A stretch of DNA of 62,970 nt, counting the filler, from Asterionella formosa (Eukaryota), in the NCBI GenBank assembly GCA_002256025.1. It is 6 parts of 6 records of this genome, joined end to end, with 100 filler letters (N's around TTAATTAATTAA, not from the genome) between each part and the next. Parts side by side here need not be neighbours in the genome. Positions count along the whole stretch, not along the records: positions 1 to 27,834 come from NKIB01001398.1; positions 27,935 to 29,651 come from NKIB01001402.1; positions 29,752 to 31,466 come from NKIB01001403.1; positions 31,567 to 33,281 come from NKIB01001404.1; positions 33,382 to 35,096 come from NKIB01001405.1; positions 35,197 to 62,970 come from NKIB01001406.1. One strand, written 5' to 3'. Below are positions 23,724 to 35,676 of this stretch, in pieces. A program made the translations under genes and the position numbers. Position 1 is the stretch's first letter, and each line of letters opens with the position of its first letter. The notes below the pieces were generated by a model. The model searched no databases. It worked only from the letters and a program-made list of their open reading frames with translations, and was not told the origin of the DNA.

Positions 23724-24275
23724 AATTTTGGGGGCCACCGGGCGGGTAGACCCTGTAGGCCTAGTATTGTTAGCATAAACCCTAAACCTATGGTTTATAA
23801 TATTTTGCGCCTGGATTGGCATGTTAAAATCACATCCACCATGTTGTTATTATTCTGTTGCTTTACTCATGCGCCGTTTCAAATAACCTTCTTTTCGCCA
23901 TGAGTAACGCTACTAGTAAACACAGGAAGCGGCACAGGACGACACAATTCGGTTTATATATGAACTATTTTGTGTGGGCACGCAGATCCACGCCTAAATG
24001 ACCAATGGTTTCACACTCTTGAGCTTGATAGTGGGCAAGCTGGAGTTGAAACCATACAGGAATTTCTCAAATAAGGTCATGTAGTACTACTAGCATACAA
24101 CAACGATTTCACACACATCGCTGCGCAATGGACTTCGATTTCATGTTCGTCATGAATGAATACAACGACAACAACAACGAGATCGCGGATGAGTGTGTAT
24201 ACAAAATTTATTCATATAAATGTTATTTATGTTGAACATTTTACTTAAGCTAAAATTATGATGTACTGGTACTAG
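23724..24275 (+). repeat. Dispersed ~550-600-bp repeat, copy 1
   Basis: Aligns by eye over its full length with the reverse complement of 43200-43803. Confidence 0.85.
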
Positions 24276-24746
24276 CTTGATTATTTTGTACTGGCAGCTA
24301 CGATAACTACCATATATTTCAGTGACCTGGACCCCCTGAGGATGTAAACCGCCATGACTGAATTTACTTAAGGGGTCCAGTAATATGGAGAGATTTCCTT
24401 TAACCTGTGAGGTGCTGCAAGACAAGAAACCAAGCAATCAAGACAAAAGGAGGACACGGATCATGATTCCGGAGGTGTGTGATTATATAATATTTATGGT
24501 GAGGTTGTAATCTATTCATATATCAATGCACGCAAAAAGTAATCGCTCCAACAATGGCATCATCGTTAATACAGAACCGTTACTTTTTATCAAATGTTCC
24601 AACTTACGATCTAATGATAACAACCGTTTGATGAAGTCAATGGATCGATTGATCTAACATTTGGAGTGTTTGATCAAATACTACTTAGCTTTCGACCTTA
24701 TGCATTCATTTCTACAGATCTAAAGCAATCTTACTTTTGGTCAAAC

Positions 24747-25045
24747 ATATTATGATAATGTCGAATTCATTTGCAGTACACATCTATCATTAATGATAGA
24801 TGAACAGGTAAAGAGCATATAACTTACAACTCCTTTCATGGTTGATTGATAGGTGACAGTGTATCAATCCTCATTCTTGAATCTGCATGTAGGGACAAGA
24901 GATATTATGAATGTCGAATTCATTTGTAGTACATATCTATCATTAATGATAGATAAACAGGTAAAGAGCATATAAGAATTTACATCTCCTTTCATGGTTG
25001 ATTTGTAGGTGACAGGGAATCAATCCTTATTCTCGCATCTGCATC
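24747..25045. repeat. Tandem duplication of a ~153-bp unit containing the palindrome TCTATCATTAATGATAGA
   Basis: AATGTCGAATTCATTTG... starts at 24757 and 24910. Confidence 0.85.
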
Positions 25046-25408
25046 GTCTGCAAATAAAAAGGATCATGCATATAGGATCAAGGGTATTGTACGCTAAGTG
25101 GCATAGGATTTTCATGTATATGATAATTTTTGGATCAAAACTATGATCAAGGTATCCTGAAACTATGATGATTTATTAATATTTTATCGAACTTGAATTG
25201 TAATGATAAGAAGAACATTATCATCACACAATGTATATCAACTGAACAAAAACATTTCTTATCAATATCATAAACCTTCTCATTTTAACTTTGGTTGTTC
25301 CAAACATCATGTTCAATTTTCATTGATGTTGCATGTTATAATCATTCTCGTGTGTTTGATGCTTTTTGTATCATTTTTATTTATATTACCGTTATTCTGG
25401 CTGTCATG

Positions 25409-25855
25409 CTAAAATCGGCAAGTTTATTGCTGAGAAATTCGATGTGCCCCATATTGCCCCTAAATAATAATTACTCAAGAAATTACTTAGAGCCTAAAAA
25501 TTTCTTAGAATTACCCAAATGGCAAGACGATAGCTAGAGCAGGAATTATTTGTTTGATATACCACCAGTACATCGCTTTTTTCCTTCATTCTTAAAACCA
25601 ATCGTGATGACTTGCTTCGCTCTGAACTCCCTTTTTTGTGTGCTCCTACATTCTTGTACATATCATATGCAGATACAGGTAGTCGTGTTAATACGATTGT
25701 TACAAAGACAGTTCCTAGCAGGCTATCCCCACCCTAGCTATCGCCTTGCTTTCGATGAAAACTGTGGGTGTCTAAGTAATTTTTGGCACCTTTAAGTAAT
25801 TTTTTCATTTAGGGACAAAATGGGGCACAGTGAATTTTTCGGCAGTCAATTTTAG
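25409..25855. mobile_element. MITE-like element with long degenerate TIRs
   Basis: Left CTAAAAT...GTGCCCCAT.TTG.CCCTAAAT...AAATTACTTAG mirrors right CTAAGTAATT...ATTTAGGGACAAAATGGGGCAC...ATTTTAG. A third TIR piece lies at ~27410-27490. Confidence 0.6.
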
Positions 25856-26949
25856 GTTTGAGCAGCAGGGACCATCGAGCAACGTCAGGAGTAGAATTTT
25901 CATGGGAAAAAGTTTAGACACACTTCAAAAATACATGGACCACCGAATATAGTACCAGTACCGTTGTATGCATGAAAAAAACAAGAATGATTGTAACAAG
26001 CATCGAAAATTCGACACAATGTTGTTAAGCAACCAAAATATGAAGCAAAACCGAAAGGTAAGACGTGACAATGACAAGCAGGGAGTAGAGTAAAAATTGA
26101 AAAAGAAAAAGGGTGAGCGGAAAAATCGTGTGAAAATTTGTCAACGCATTTTCATTAACAATTGTCAACTCACACTTTTTCTTGTTGCAACGAAATTTCA
26201 GAAATTTTCAGATCGGGCCTGAAGGATCAGAAACCGAGGATGCCTGAATGGATTTAGATGAAGTGTTTCTGTATTGATTTGGACTTGTGTTTGCGGAGGT
26301 GTTGGAGGAGCAACAGCTTGATACTGGAGGTTTGGTGCTGGCGGTGCAGACTCCTGGTAGTATCCAGCAGGAGGAGGAGCAGGATGCGTCAAAAATTTAC
26401 TGGCTGATGTGGGCGTTTGGCTGTGGCTTGAAAATTTGAGAAAGACAGGTTTGAGTAGGTTGATAGGGACGAGCAATGGACTGATAAGTTGTTGGTGCTG
26501 GCGAGATTTGTTGCCCACATTGCTTGTTTGCAACCAGGAGACTTTGCAATCTTCATGTGAGTTTCGATAAAAGTGGCTTGCTAGTATTGGGAAACAGTAA
26601 AAGAATGATAATGGGACCAATATTTCCCTTGTTCTTGTTTCAGAACACAGTGGAAAGACAACTGTATCTCAGCAGTCCTAATGTAAATGCAAATGTTCGA
26701 AAAGAAATGGAAAAATTCCAGGGAGGTCAAGGCCATTAAAATATGCATCATGAGAGTTCCAAGCCAGGAGGCAAAAAGAGTCCCCGCCTCAAGTAGCATT
26801 GACATTCTGGATCATTGATGCAATTCGCCTCGTCATTGTTGTAGTTCTTCTTCCTTTGTGGTTGCGGTTGCAACTGTTTTGTAGTTGCCTTGGGAGGTCG
26901 CCTCTTGCCCTTGATTTGAGCCATTATTTTAATGTGAATTGACTTTTAT

Positions 26950-27225
26950 CTATTGCTCCTTCTTCGTATCACTTTCAATGACAATTATCTCTTCGAGCCT
27001 TACTTGGCCTTCACGCCATTCGCGTTCGACTCTAGTAGTCAACAATACGACTCCACAAAGGACAAGAGAAAGTAATCTCGAGAGAGGAGGAATCGGATCA
27101 AATACAAACAACGCAACGCATATAAAAAGGGACACTTTAGCAACAATTTTAAAGGGAACGTAACTCAATGCAGCCAGGAGAGAGGAAATAACAAGGCTAC
27201 CTCCGACTCTGGGTGTTGATGACAT
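26950..27225 (-). CDS. Small predicted membrane protein, 91 aa
   Basis: ATG ORF with two or three hydrophobic segments and a charged C-terminal tail. No family recognised. Confidence 0.5.
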   Translation of the reverse strand: MSSTPRVGGSLVISSLLAALSYVPFKIVAKVSLFICVALFVFDPIPPLSRLLSLVLCGVVLLTTRVEREWREGQVRLEEIIVIESDTKKEQ

Positions 27226-27500
27226 GGGAGGTTTGAGATTCTAGCCTACAGACCTTGGATTAATGTAAATCTTGGATCGGAGTTTTGCTAAAGGGAAGAC
27301 ACGACCGAGGGTGGCTGCTGAAGGCAATACACGGCCGAGGTGGTCTCATCCCAGCCGAGTACACATTTTTTACGAGAAGGCATGTAGCCACCGAGAAGGG
27401 TATTGCTGAGGCAATTCCCGCTCCAGCTATCGTCTTGCAATTCGGGTACTGCTAAGTAATTTGTAGGCTCTAAGTAATTTCTTAAGTAACATATATTTAA

Positions 27501-27834
27501 GGTTCCTGCATTTGAACCCCTAGCTCGAGGTAGGGTTAAAAAAATAATATTAAGTCAGAGTAGTCAACCATAGACTTCTTACGAGTAAAACGTAAATGTA
27601 TATCGCTAAACGGAGCTTTCACCAATACACCCCCTTTCCACATGCTTAAATACAGTCATTTATCAAAGTAGGGGTATAGGTCAACGCTATATATCGTCAG
27701 GATATAGGATCTGGCGAGAAACTGCAGAAAGGAACTTCGGTTTTTTAACTATGCTGAAAATAGTGGATTTTACCGGGCTAACTCGTTTATTTGGCCTAGT
27801 AAAAAAACCGAAGTTCCTTTCTGCAGTTTCTCGC
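27501..27834. mobile_element. Element B end, inverted relative to 14529-15713 and cut by the contig end
   Basis: TTAA then GGTTCCTGCATTTGAACCCCTAGCTCGAGG. Near-identical reverse complement of ~15381-15713. Confidence 0.9.
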
Positions 27835-27934
27835 NNNNNNNNNNNNNNNNNNNNNNNNNNNNNNNNNNNNNNNNNNNNTTAATTAATTAANNNNNNNNNN
27901 NNNNNNNNNNNNNNNNNNNNNNNNNNNNNNNNNN

Positions 27935-28061
27935 ACTGATTCAAATATTTCAAATGGAATCACGTCATTCAAAAATAGCTAATTAAATTCTTAATTCCAG
28001 GGAATTTTCGCAACCCTAAGCAATATTTTAATTTTTGCCTAGGGGTTCAAATGCAGCAACC
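27935..28061. mobile_element. Diverged opposite end of element B
   Basis: Reverse complement of ~14529-14650, ending CTAGGGGTTCAAATGCAGCAACC. No TTAA follows. Confidence 0.8.
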
Positions 28062-28219
28062 GGCATTGGCTAAACAAATCTAAAACTGGTACCCCGGAGC
28101 ATATCGATACCGAGAAGAGCAATCATTGGTGGAATACAGCTTACATACATACATAGGATTAGGTAATCATTTTGCGTGTGTCAGAAAATTGATTTGCTTC
28201 TGCATATCAGCCTACTAGT

Positions 28220-28957
28220 TTAAAACATAAAGCCACCGCTAAACGGAGTGAACGCACGGTTTGAACTTAGTTTGCAAGATACGTTAATTATTGTCACGAA
28301 GGAGTTGTTCCGATTTATTTAGCGAGTAAATACTTCCTTACTCCTTGTATTGTTGCTTTGTGTAAATTGTTAAATGCTTGTTACGGTCCAAAGGTTGCTG
28401 TCGACGCGAAATTGCGAAAGATGGATATTTTCACGTTTACTCTATTGAGCTGGCATCGCCTTTTCTATAATTGTACGGGCGTATGTACAAGAATGATAAT
28501 GTTATTCCGATAGAATCAATTTAGTATAATTAATTAGGGGTACGAGGTTATCATTCCTTCGAATACACTATGCGTCAGAAGCATTTGGTGATGATGCAAG
28601 CAAAAAAGGCATATTGTTTCGCGCCTAACAGGTGAAGTGATACGAAAAGAATTTCTATAGTATAAACGGGGAGTAAAAATGATCACGGTTTGGGGGGAAA
28701 ATATGCTCATGTATGTATAGAAAAATATGCACTGTAAGCCACTGCTATGCAACAATCTTATTTAATGACTTGAAGAAAAATTAGATCTTCATGGCTTAAT
28801 AAACTGAATCGAAACTGATTACTTATTCGTTGAGTACCGGTAGAGTGCATCATCATCTAACATACTCTTTGTACTTGCATCAGGTTTTGATTGACAAATT
28901 ACTTAAATATTTTCAGTCGGAAGATGGAGCAAAATAACAGTGGATTTTCAAAATTAG
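28220..28957. mobile_element. Non-autonomous derivative of element A (~740 bp)
   Basis: 28220-28560 matches the reverse complement of ~14155-14528, and 28630-28957 matches the reverse complement of ~12255-12570. The transposase region is absent. Confidence 0.8.
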
Positions 28958-29751
28958 GAGGAGAAGCAAATATTACGACTAGGAACAGGAGAGAAATAAA
29001 TACATAAGAGTTGCAAAATTATTTAAGGCGGAAAAGTGCACAATAATCTGTGTTTTACCTTTGTCTATTTATCTCTGAAATGTCACAAAACGTTGAGTTT
29101 CTAAAGAGTTTTTGTGTTAGTGTTTACAATGACCAAAAGGCACAACAGTACATGAAAAGCAAATAACATTTGAACAAGAAAAGTGCCATCGGCAAAACCT
29201 TTTGAATGATCTAAATTATCAAGGTGATTCATTCCTGTTGCTGGTACTGGAAATGCTAGTGATAGTTCTGGAACTACTTGTAACACCTGGAGGGTGGACA
29301 TTAGCAATGCAACACATCCTAAAATCAGCTAAACTCTATGCTATCATGTGAATTGTTTCATCGTAAATCTATCTTAAATATGATCATAATTCTAATCACA
29401 AGCATTGTTCAAAAAGGATTGGAATGGATCGTAAATTAATTAACAAATTTAGCAACGATATTTCTGTTTCGACAGCTACCCGAGGAATGTTTCTCTCCTC
29501 TCCACTCGTCTCAATCATCTAAGCCGCGAAATACGCCACTTTTCGAAATTTCGTCTACGTATGAGTGTTAATTATGTGGTACTTCACATGCATTAATGCC
29601 ACTCTTCACGTAAAAAAGATTACTTTTAACGGTTTCATGTGAAGTTTTAACNNNNNNNNNNNNNNNNNNNNNNNNNNNNNNNNNNNNNNNNNNNNTTAAT
29701 TAATTAANNNNNNNNNNNNNNNNNNNNNNNNNNNNNNNNNNNNNNNNNNNN

Positions 29752-29985
29752 CTTGTTTTGAACCAGTTTTTGAATATCATTTAGTAAATTATCACCAATT
29801 GAATCATAAGAGAGATCAAGTGTAGTCAAGACAGTATTGACCTTGAGAGCCTCTGCAATGGCCTTGGCTCCGTCAACATCAATTGAATTATTACTGAAAG
29901 AAAGTGTAGTCAAGACAGTATTGACCTCGAGAGCCTCTGCAATGGCCTTGGCTCCGCCATTACGAATTGAATTACTATCTATGCA
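29752..29985 (-). CDS. RI-like/NLRC3-type leucine-rich repeat fragment (28-aa repeats)
   Basis: NSI...GAKAIAEAL(E/K)VNTVLTTL.L occurs twice as an 84-bp DNA unit. Truncated by the contig end. Confidence 0.7.
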
Positions 29986-30949
29986 ATAAAATATGTTGTT
30001 GAAAGGGCTTTTGTGTAAATGATAGAAAACAGTCACACATATCATGTACCGATATTTATCAATATTTATCAATATTGCATATCTTCATATAAACTTATGT
30101 AGAATACATAATGGATCTTTTTGTATGAAAACGTTCCATGCCTGATGAGGACATTTTGAGAAATTACGAGCTATTAAAAAATAAAACACTTTTTTTACAG
30201 TGTACTGGTACACTGGTATCAGTACAACAGGTACATATATTAGTATTTAACATACCAGTAGATTTATAACCCCGAGGGTCATTTTAGCTTACCCGGTATT
30301 CTGCTAAGCAAAATTCCGGAAATGGATTGAGAATTTTTCCCTTTCCACTCGTACTGAAAAAATGTTGATACAAAAGCATCCCAGACAAAGTGGAAAGTGA
30401 GAAAGTAACCTTGCTTACCGGTCGGTACCATGTTTCTGTCTCATGATCAACCCACTATCATGCATGCATGCATCTGTGTTGTTTTCATACCCGATAGTAG
30501 TCTAGGAATACGGTTGCGTCTACTACTTTACCCCCGAACCTGGTACGTTCAGGTACAGCGCAGTCTGGGCGGTCTATGCCAGTATAAATAGCCGGTACAA
30601 ATACATTGTAAACACAGTCCACAGCTACTTGGTACGGGTGTATTGTTGTTACATTGGGGTACATACATGTTGTACATAATGGTATACCTAATACAACATA
30701 GGACTAACTTCCAGTCTATATCAAGATTTAGGGAACCTCTCGTCTATCAATATTGTTTGATGCAGTTTTTGGGTTCATGGTAAGAACAGAAACTCTGAGG
30801 AGCTGGTTATGAAAGGAGAACATTTACAAATGGATTTCAATTCTTGCCAAGTCCACAACCCCAGAAGGTATGCATAATGAAAAATGTTCCATTGAGGAAG
30901 CAATATTTGTTTGTCATGCATACTAGTAAAACCAGGAGAAAAGATTTGA

Positions 30950-31420
30950 TGGAAAGAAGTGGAAGCCAGAAGCAATGTGTATTCCAAAATACAAATAATT
31001 TTCTCCACAATTGGCAGCATCACAAGCAAAGAAAAAAAACTATGTATTATACATTGGATCCGCTAATTGACGCATTCCCAGATTCATGTCAGTGATGCTG
31101 CTTCATTTGAAGAAGCTAGTAATTGTTTCACTGCAACATCGGTTTGGTCAACAGAACTACTCTGAAGATTTTCATAAGTTATTGAAAGATCCTGGAAGTA
31201 TTCGTAAATGGGCTAGAAGAGTTTTTTCAAGGACTCAGTTTTCTGAGTGTGTAAATATAATTTCACAAAAGTATTTGTTCATAGTGCAACAACTGGAAAG
31301 AAGTGGAAGCCAGAAGCAACTTGTTTTCCAAAATACAATTAATTTTCTCCACAATTGGCAGCATCACAAGAAAAAACAACAACTATGCATTATACATTGG
31401 ATCCGCTAATTGATGCATTC
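30950..31420. repeat. Local ~130-bp direct duplication
   Basis: TGGAAAGAAGTGGAAGCCAGAAGCAA...TTGGATCCGCTAATTGA at ~30950-31078 and ~31294-31421. Confidence 0.85.
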
Positions 31421-31867
31421 CACATGCTACAAAGAGACCTGCTCCAGGGTCCAGCCTTGGACCTCCNNNNNNNNNNNNNNNNNNNNNNNNNNNNNNNNNN
31501 NNNNNNNNNNTTAATTAATTAANNNNNNNNNNNNNNNNNNNNNNNNNNNNNNNNNNNNNNNNNNNNTATGGAAGCCAAAGTACAAGATACAGACGGTGAG
31601 TGGATCAGAGTACAGTACAGGGCAGGAAAGAAAAGAAAAACAGAGGAGCCATGTTGCCAGTGAAGGAATAGGGATGGATCAGTCAGTAAGTATAAATATG
31701 CTGTATATATAATTGACATGAGTTCTGCTCATGCTCATGCTAATTATTTATTATTTATCTTGTTTACATCAATAGAGCCTCCTTTGTCGACTGTTTTCTG
31801 GACACTGAACTTCTTCTGGACATTGTTGTCTTATAGACACAACAGAATACAGTCCAAACTTATGGTT

Positions 31868-32473
31868 TTAACAGACATCACATTTGATAACATACCATAT
31901 TTGATAAGTTATGATAACAGAAGCAATGCCAATGCCAATGCCAATGACAGCACCAGCACAAACATCAACATTAAAATGCCAACCATCATGGACTCGGCTC
32001 CATGCAACCAGGAGTGCCACCAACATGGGGCTAAATGTGAGGCAATATGGTGCATTACGGAACTTTTCTTTAAGAAATAATGATAAAAGTAGCATGGCAG
32101 TGAAGGCAAGGCTGGAGTGACCAGAAGGAAATGACATGTTTGCATTTTGTTCATCGAACTCCACCATTTGGGCATAGTTAGGCCTCCTTTTGGGACAGTG
32201 CAACTTGAGAAAGTCAGTGACAAAACCTGTAAGTCCGATGGCTAGAAACCGCATGCAGCATCTGGTAAGGGCATCACTATCAACTGCAAAGCAGAGAATT
32301 GGTATAATTCCGCATACAACAAACAATGCCAAATTTGGGACCATTTCAACTAGATTGTGTTGTTCTAATGGGATTGCATTCATCCTCATGGGTCGAAAAA
32401 TCAGTGATTCCAGCTTGAAGAAAATATTCCCAAACAAGCAAATACAAAAACAGAGGAAAGCATGGGAAATCAA
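31868..32473 (-). CDS. PAP2-family lipid phosphate phosphatase
   Basis: Motifs C1 K(x6)RP (KLHCPKRRP), C2 SFPSGHS and C3 SR(x5)H(x3)D, with multiple TM segments. The start probably lies on a short upstream exon (ATGCG|GTACGT near 32610; acceptor near 32482). Confidence 0.88.
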   Translation of the reverse strand: MISHAFLCFCICLFGNIFFKLESLIFRPMRMNAIPLEQHNLVEMVPNLALFVVCGIIPILCFAVDSDALTRCCMRFLAIGLTGFVTDFLKLHCPKRRPNYAQMVEFDEQNANMSFPSGHSSLAFTAMLLLSLFLKEKFRNAPYCLTFSPMLVALLVAWSRVHDGWHFNVDVCAGAVIGIGIGIASVIITYQIWYVIKCDVC

Positions 32474-33381
32474 AGGAGACCTGGAGGGGATGTTGCGAAT
32501 AAGCAGCAGTTAGTTAGTTACATTATTGGAGAAGCACAGAATCTCTGTAGCACCCATCGCTCAATACCATATACCACACAAAGGGCCTTCTTCAGAAGAT
32601 CTGATAACGTACCGCATTATCATTCCAACAGGCATCATACTTCTTTTTTCACCTGATAAAGCTTGTTCGATTTGTTGTTGATTTCTTGTGTTTTGTGAGC
32701 CTGAGAAAAAATAATGAATTCTTAGACAATGGTATGTAGGATCTATTTCTCGTAGGCCACATACTAGGGCTACAAAGTTGCAAAACCACGGTTTTTCCAC
32801 GTAAACTCACTAAAGTTCGTCCATTCAATGTTTCCCCCAACTCCAGGTACCTGGTACCTGCATACCTGGTAGCCTACGACGGTCACACAATTGAAACTGA
32901 AATCAAGTACCGGTACCCGGTACAACTACCGGTACCTGGTACCAGTACCGGTGCGTGCATTCTGCTTGAGGTCGTTCCAAGATCATTTCCGATGTTTCCT
33001 ATGATCATATGGTGGTTGGCTGTTGGTACCCGGTACCACATGTCAGCTAGAGGCAGCGGTGCGTATCATTTGGTGCATGCATTTTTATTTTCGCGCTACC
33101 GGGTATTCTTTTGTTTCTAGAAAGGTAACGCGCTGAACATTCCTCATGTATAAACTATGAGTAACAGTTATGGATACTTGCTCAATTTGAACTCGCATTC
33201 AGGTGAACCTTGTCGTGCACACATTTGACCAGTGACCAATCTAGTTGGCATCAACTGGAAACTTGCCTACTTCTGGATGCANNNNNNNNNNNNNNNNNNN
33301 NNNNNNNNNNNNNNNNNNNNNNNNNTTAATTAATTAANNNNNNNNNNNNNNNNNNNNNNNNNNNNNNNNNNNNNNNNNNNN

Positions 33382-34430
33382 CACTATCTAAAATAGAATG
33401 AAATGCATCGAAATTTAGAACTATATTTAAAAATGGTTCTATGTTTCTATATCCAATATCTTGAGTGGGTACAAAATGTTCAACAATGCTCTCATTGCAA
33501 TGATTGGTACTTTCACTTCCATCTTCAACTTGTGCTTCTTGCATTTTTGCAGTATAGACTGGCTGGTGTTCGATAGGCCAAAGTGTCTCGCTTTTCATGA
33601 ACATCTACAAAGTAGTGCTTTTGTTGAGTTTTGTGTCTAAACCCAACTGCTGCCATCCATTGAAATGTTCCAGATACATCAAAGAATACGCTCCTGTCTT
33701 CAAAGGTAAGGAACTAGTACGATGACAAAGAAAATCTGATGAGACATGAAAATTACGAAGCCAGAATCACTGTGGTACTATACATAGACAGTCTCATGCT
33801 TCTTTGTGGTGCATATCGGCCTGCTATCATGCTGCGTTTCAATCCTAGATGTATTACGTTCTTGTTAGAGAGACGATGATATGGAGAAGTAGATTGTGCT
33901 GTTCTATAATGGATGTTGTTTAGCTATGAATGAGGTTGTAACACTGATTGATGCTCTGGTGACAGACCGGAAATATTCGTCTTGTGTGATGAGCCATTTC
34001 GTTTTCATTGGATTTCTTTTCAAGCTCTTAACGGATTGCATAGTACGAACATACTGTGCACTGTAGATGATGATTCATCGAAGAAATATGATGACTTGAA
34101 CGACAAATGAAGATTTTGTCACAAACAATTGTTCCTCTTGACATGGCTGTTTTGTCGTTGTTGCAAGAATCAGAGTGAGGACTGCAGAGGACAATAAACC
34201 AAACCATATTACTTTAGCTGGTAAATTATCCTACCAAGAAATGTAAATAAAGGAACCTAATAGAAATAATACATATAATAATTAAAAATACATTGTCAAA
34301 AGGGTTACTATTTAAATTACAATGGCATTTATCAAAATTATTAGATGATATAACGAAAAATTATGATCAGATGATCATAATCCTATGATGCATCATAGGA
34401 ATATGATGGTTTTTCTTGCAGACGCAAGGA
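33382..34430 (-). mobile_element. IS630-Tc1-mariner-like DNA transposon remnant, copy 1
   Basis: About 900 bp shared with 40845-41750. Encodes GFRHKTQQKHYFVDVHEK..TLAYR (Y.D.HE...YR motif). Confidence 0.65.
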
Positions 34431-35511
34431 TTCACTAATCAGCTCATATATTCAACAAATACTACTACTTCTATACTTTGACACTTCACCAGGTACCCTG
34501 AGCAGCATGAGTCCAGCCAGCATTCATATGGTGGTATCATGATGGTATAATAGTTTTATTGGGTACCACCGGTTGCTAGTATGTATGATGCTAGCATGTC
34601 AATATTCAAATCCTAATTGGTATACTTTAGTACAGTTCATTATTGATTGTTTTCATCATTTCGGCCGGAAAAGGAGAACAATTTTGAGTGTGGAGAAAAT
34701 AAAACAAAGTAAGCAATACTTGCTTACTTTTGCTACAGACGTCCCCTCCATTTTGCCCCAGTCATTTTCATTTTTCAGCCATTCGCCCTCGATTTGACCT
34801 TTCCGCATTTAGATGGAAATAACTAGCTTAAAACCTTCTATGTCACTTACAATTCATGATAATATCGGTTCAACGAGAAATTTGATGAAGTTCTTTATTT
34901 AGTTCTTAAACAGTCTGACCTGTGTCATGCATGTTTTCCATTTCAGCGAAATAACTGCAACTTGCTGGAAATGACTTTTGATGTGCACCTTCATAGTTTC
35001 AGCTTGCTCCCGATTATTTGTTGCATGCCTGCCAGGTGAGATAGGTCCGCTTTCGATTTCAAATATTCCTTTAAGTAATTTAAGAAATGTTTATCTNNNN
35101 NNNNNNNNNNNNNNNNNNNNNNNNNNNNNNNNNNNNNNNNTTAATTAATTAANNNNNNNNNNNNNNNNNNNNNNNNNNNNNNNNNNNNNNNNNNNNGGAA
35201 AACGAGGTAATATTTTCTAACCGTTTACCATTAAAAAGTATATATACATGATGAAAAATATATGAATGGCTTAAGACCACTAAAATGCAAAATGAACGAC
35301 TTAAAAAGTTGGATATCGCAAGATATATCCTTCCAATTGTTAAAATGATTCATTTATCTAGTGCTTGCATGCATTAGTTGACCTCTGTTCAAAGGGTTTT
35401 AAATGGCGTCGGCTGAACATTTTTCTAATTTTAGTCCAAAAACGGGGTAATATAGTGGTCTTAAGCAGTTTTTGACTGGTACCTGGTACCACCTAAAGAC
35501 TGAGAGTCAAC

Positions 35512-35676
35512 TATTGAAGAAATCACTAAGCTACTAGCTGTAATGGTAATCGATGAACTGATAATTTATGAGTGGTTTAGAGACAGTTGTTGCTTCGGGC
35601 TGAGTGGTCATTGGAGTGACGTCATGCTGGGTCAATAAGTCGGGAAACCTGTAGGAAACCATTGGGGTTCTCAACA
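35512..35676 (-). mobile_element. 3' LTR of a CoDi-type Copia element (165 bp)
   Basis: Begins TGTTGAGA directly after the PPT-like GGGCGAGGGTG and ends TTCAATA (one mismatch from TCAACA). Confidence 0.7.

Larger units (their letters stand above)
27835..35196. other. Five artificial 100-bp contig linkers (44 N + TTAATTAATTAA + 44 N)
   Basis: Linkers at 27835-27934, 29652-29751, 31467-31566, 33282-33381 and 35097-35196. Intervening contigs are 1717, 1715, 1715 and 1715 bp. TTAATTAATTAA places stops in all six frames. Confidence 0.95.

Noticed and set aside
23778..23790. AAACCCTAAACC as a telomere or interstitial telomeric array
   Set aside because: Fewer than two units and embedded in a dispersed repeat.
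26198..26925. Pro/Gln-rich minus-strand ORF fragments
   Set aside because: Interrupted by stops and has no recognisable domain.
27501..28061. Apparent complete second copy of element B spanning the first gap
   Set aside because: The two ends are on different contigs and differ in divergence from copy 1, so they cannot be assumed to be one insertion.
30120..30170. GAAA...CTGATGA resembling a hammerhead ribozyme core
   Set aside because: No convincing stem II or stem I pairing, and no Penelope-like context.
30775..31409. ORF pieces with GSIRKW, reminiscent of a transposase HTH
   Set aside because: A single short motif with no catalytic residues seen.
27835..35196. Striking ~1815-bp periodicity of TTAATTAATTAA flanked by N runs, resembling a regular array
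   Set aside because: Artificial six-frame-stop linker joining similar-sized contigs. The intervening sequences are unrelated to each other.
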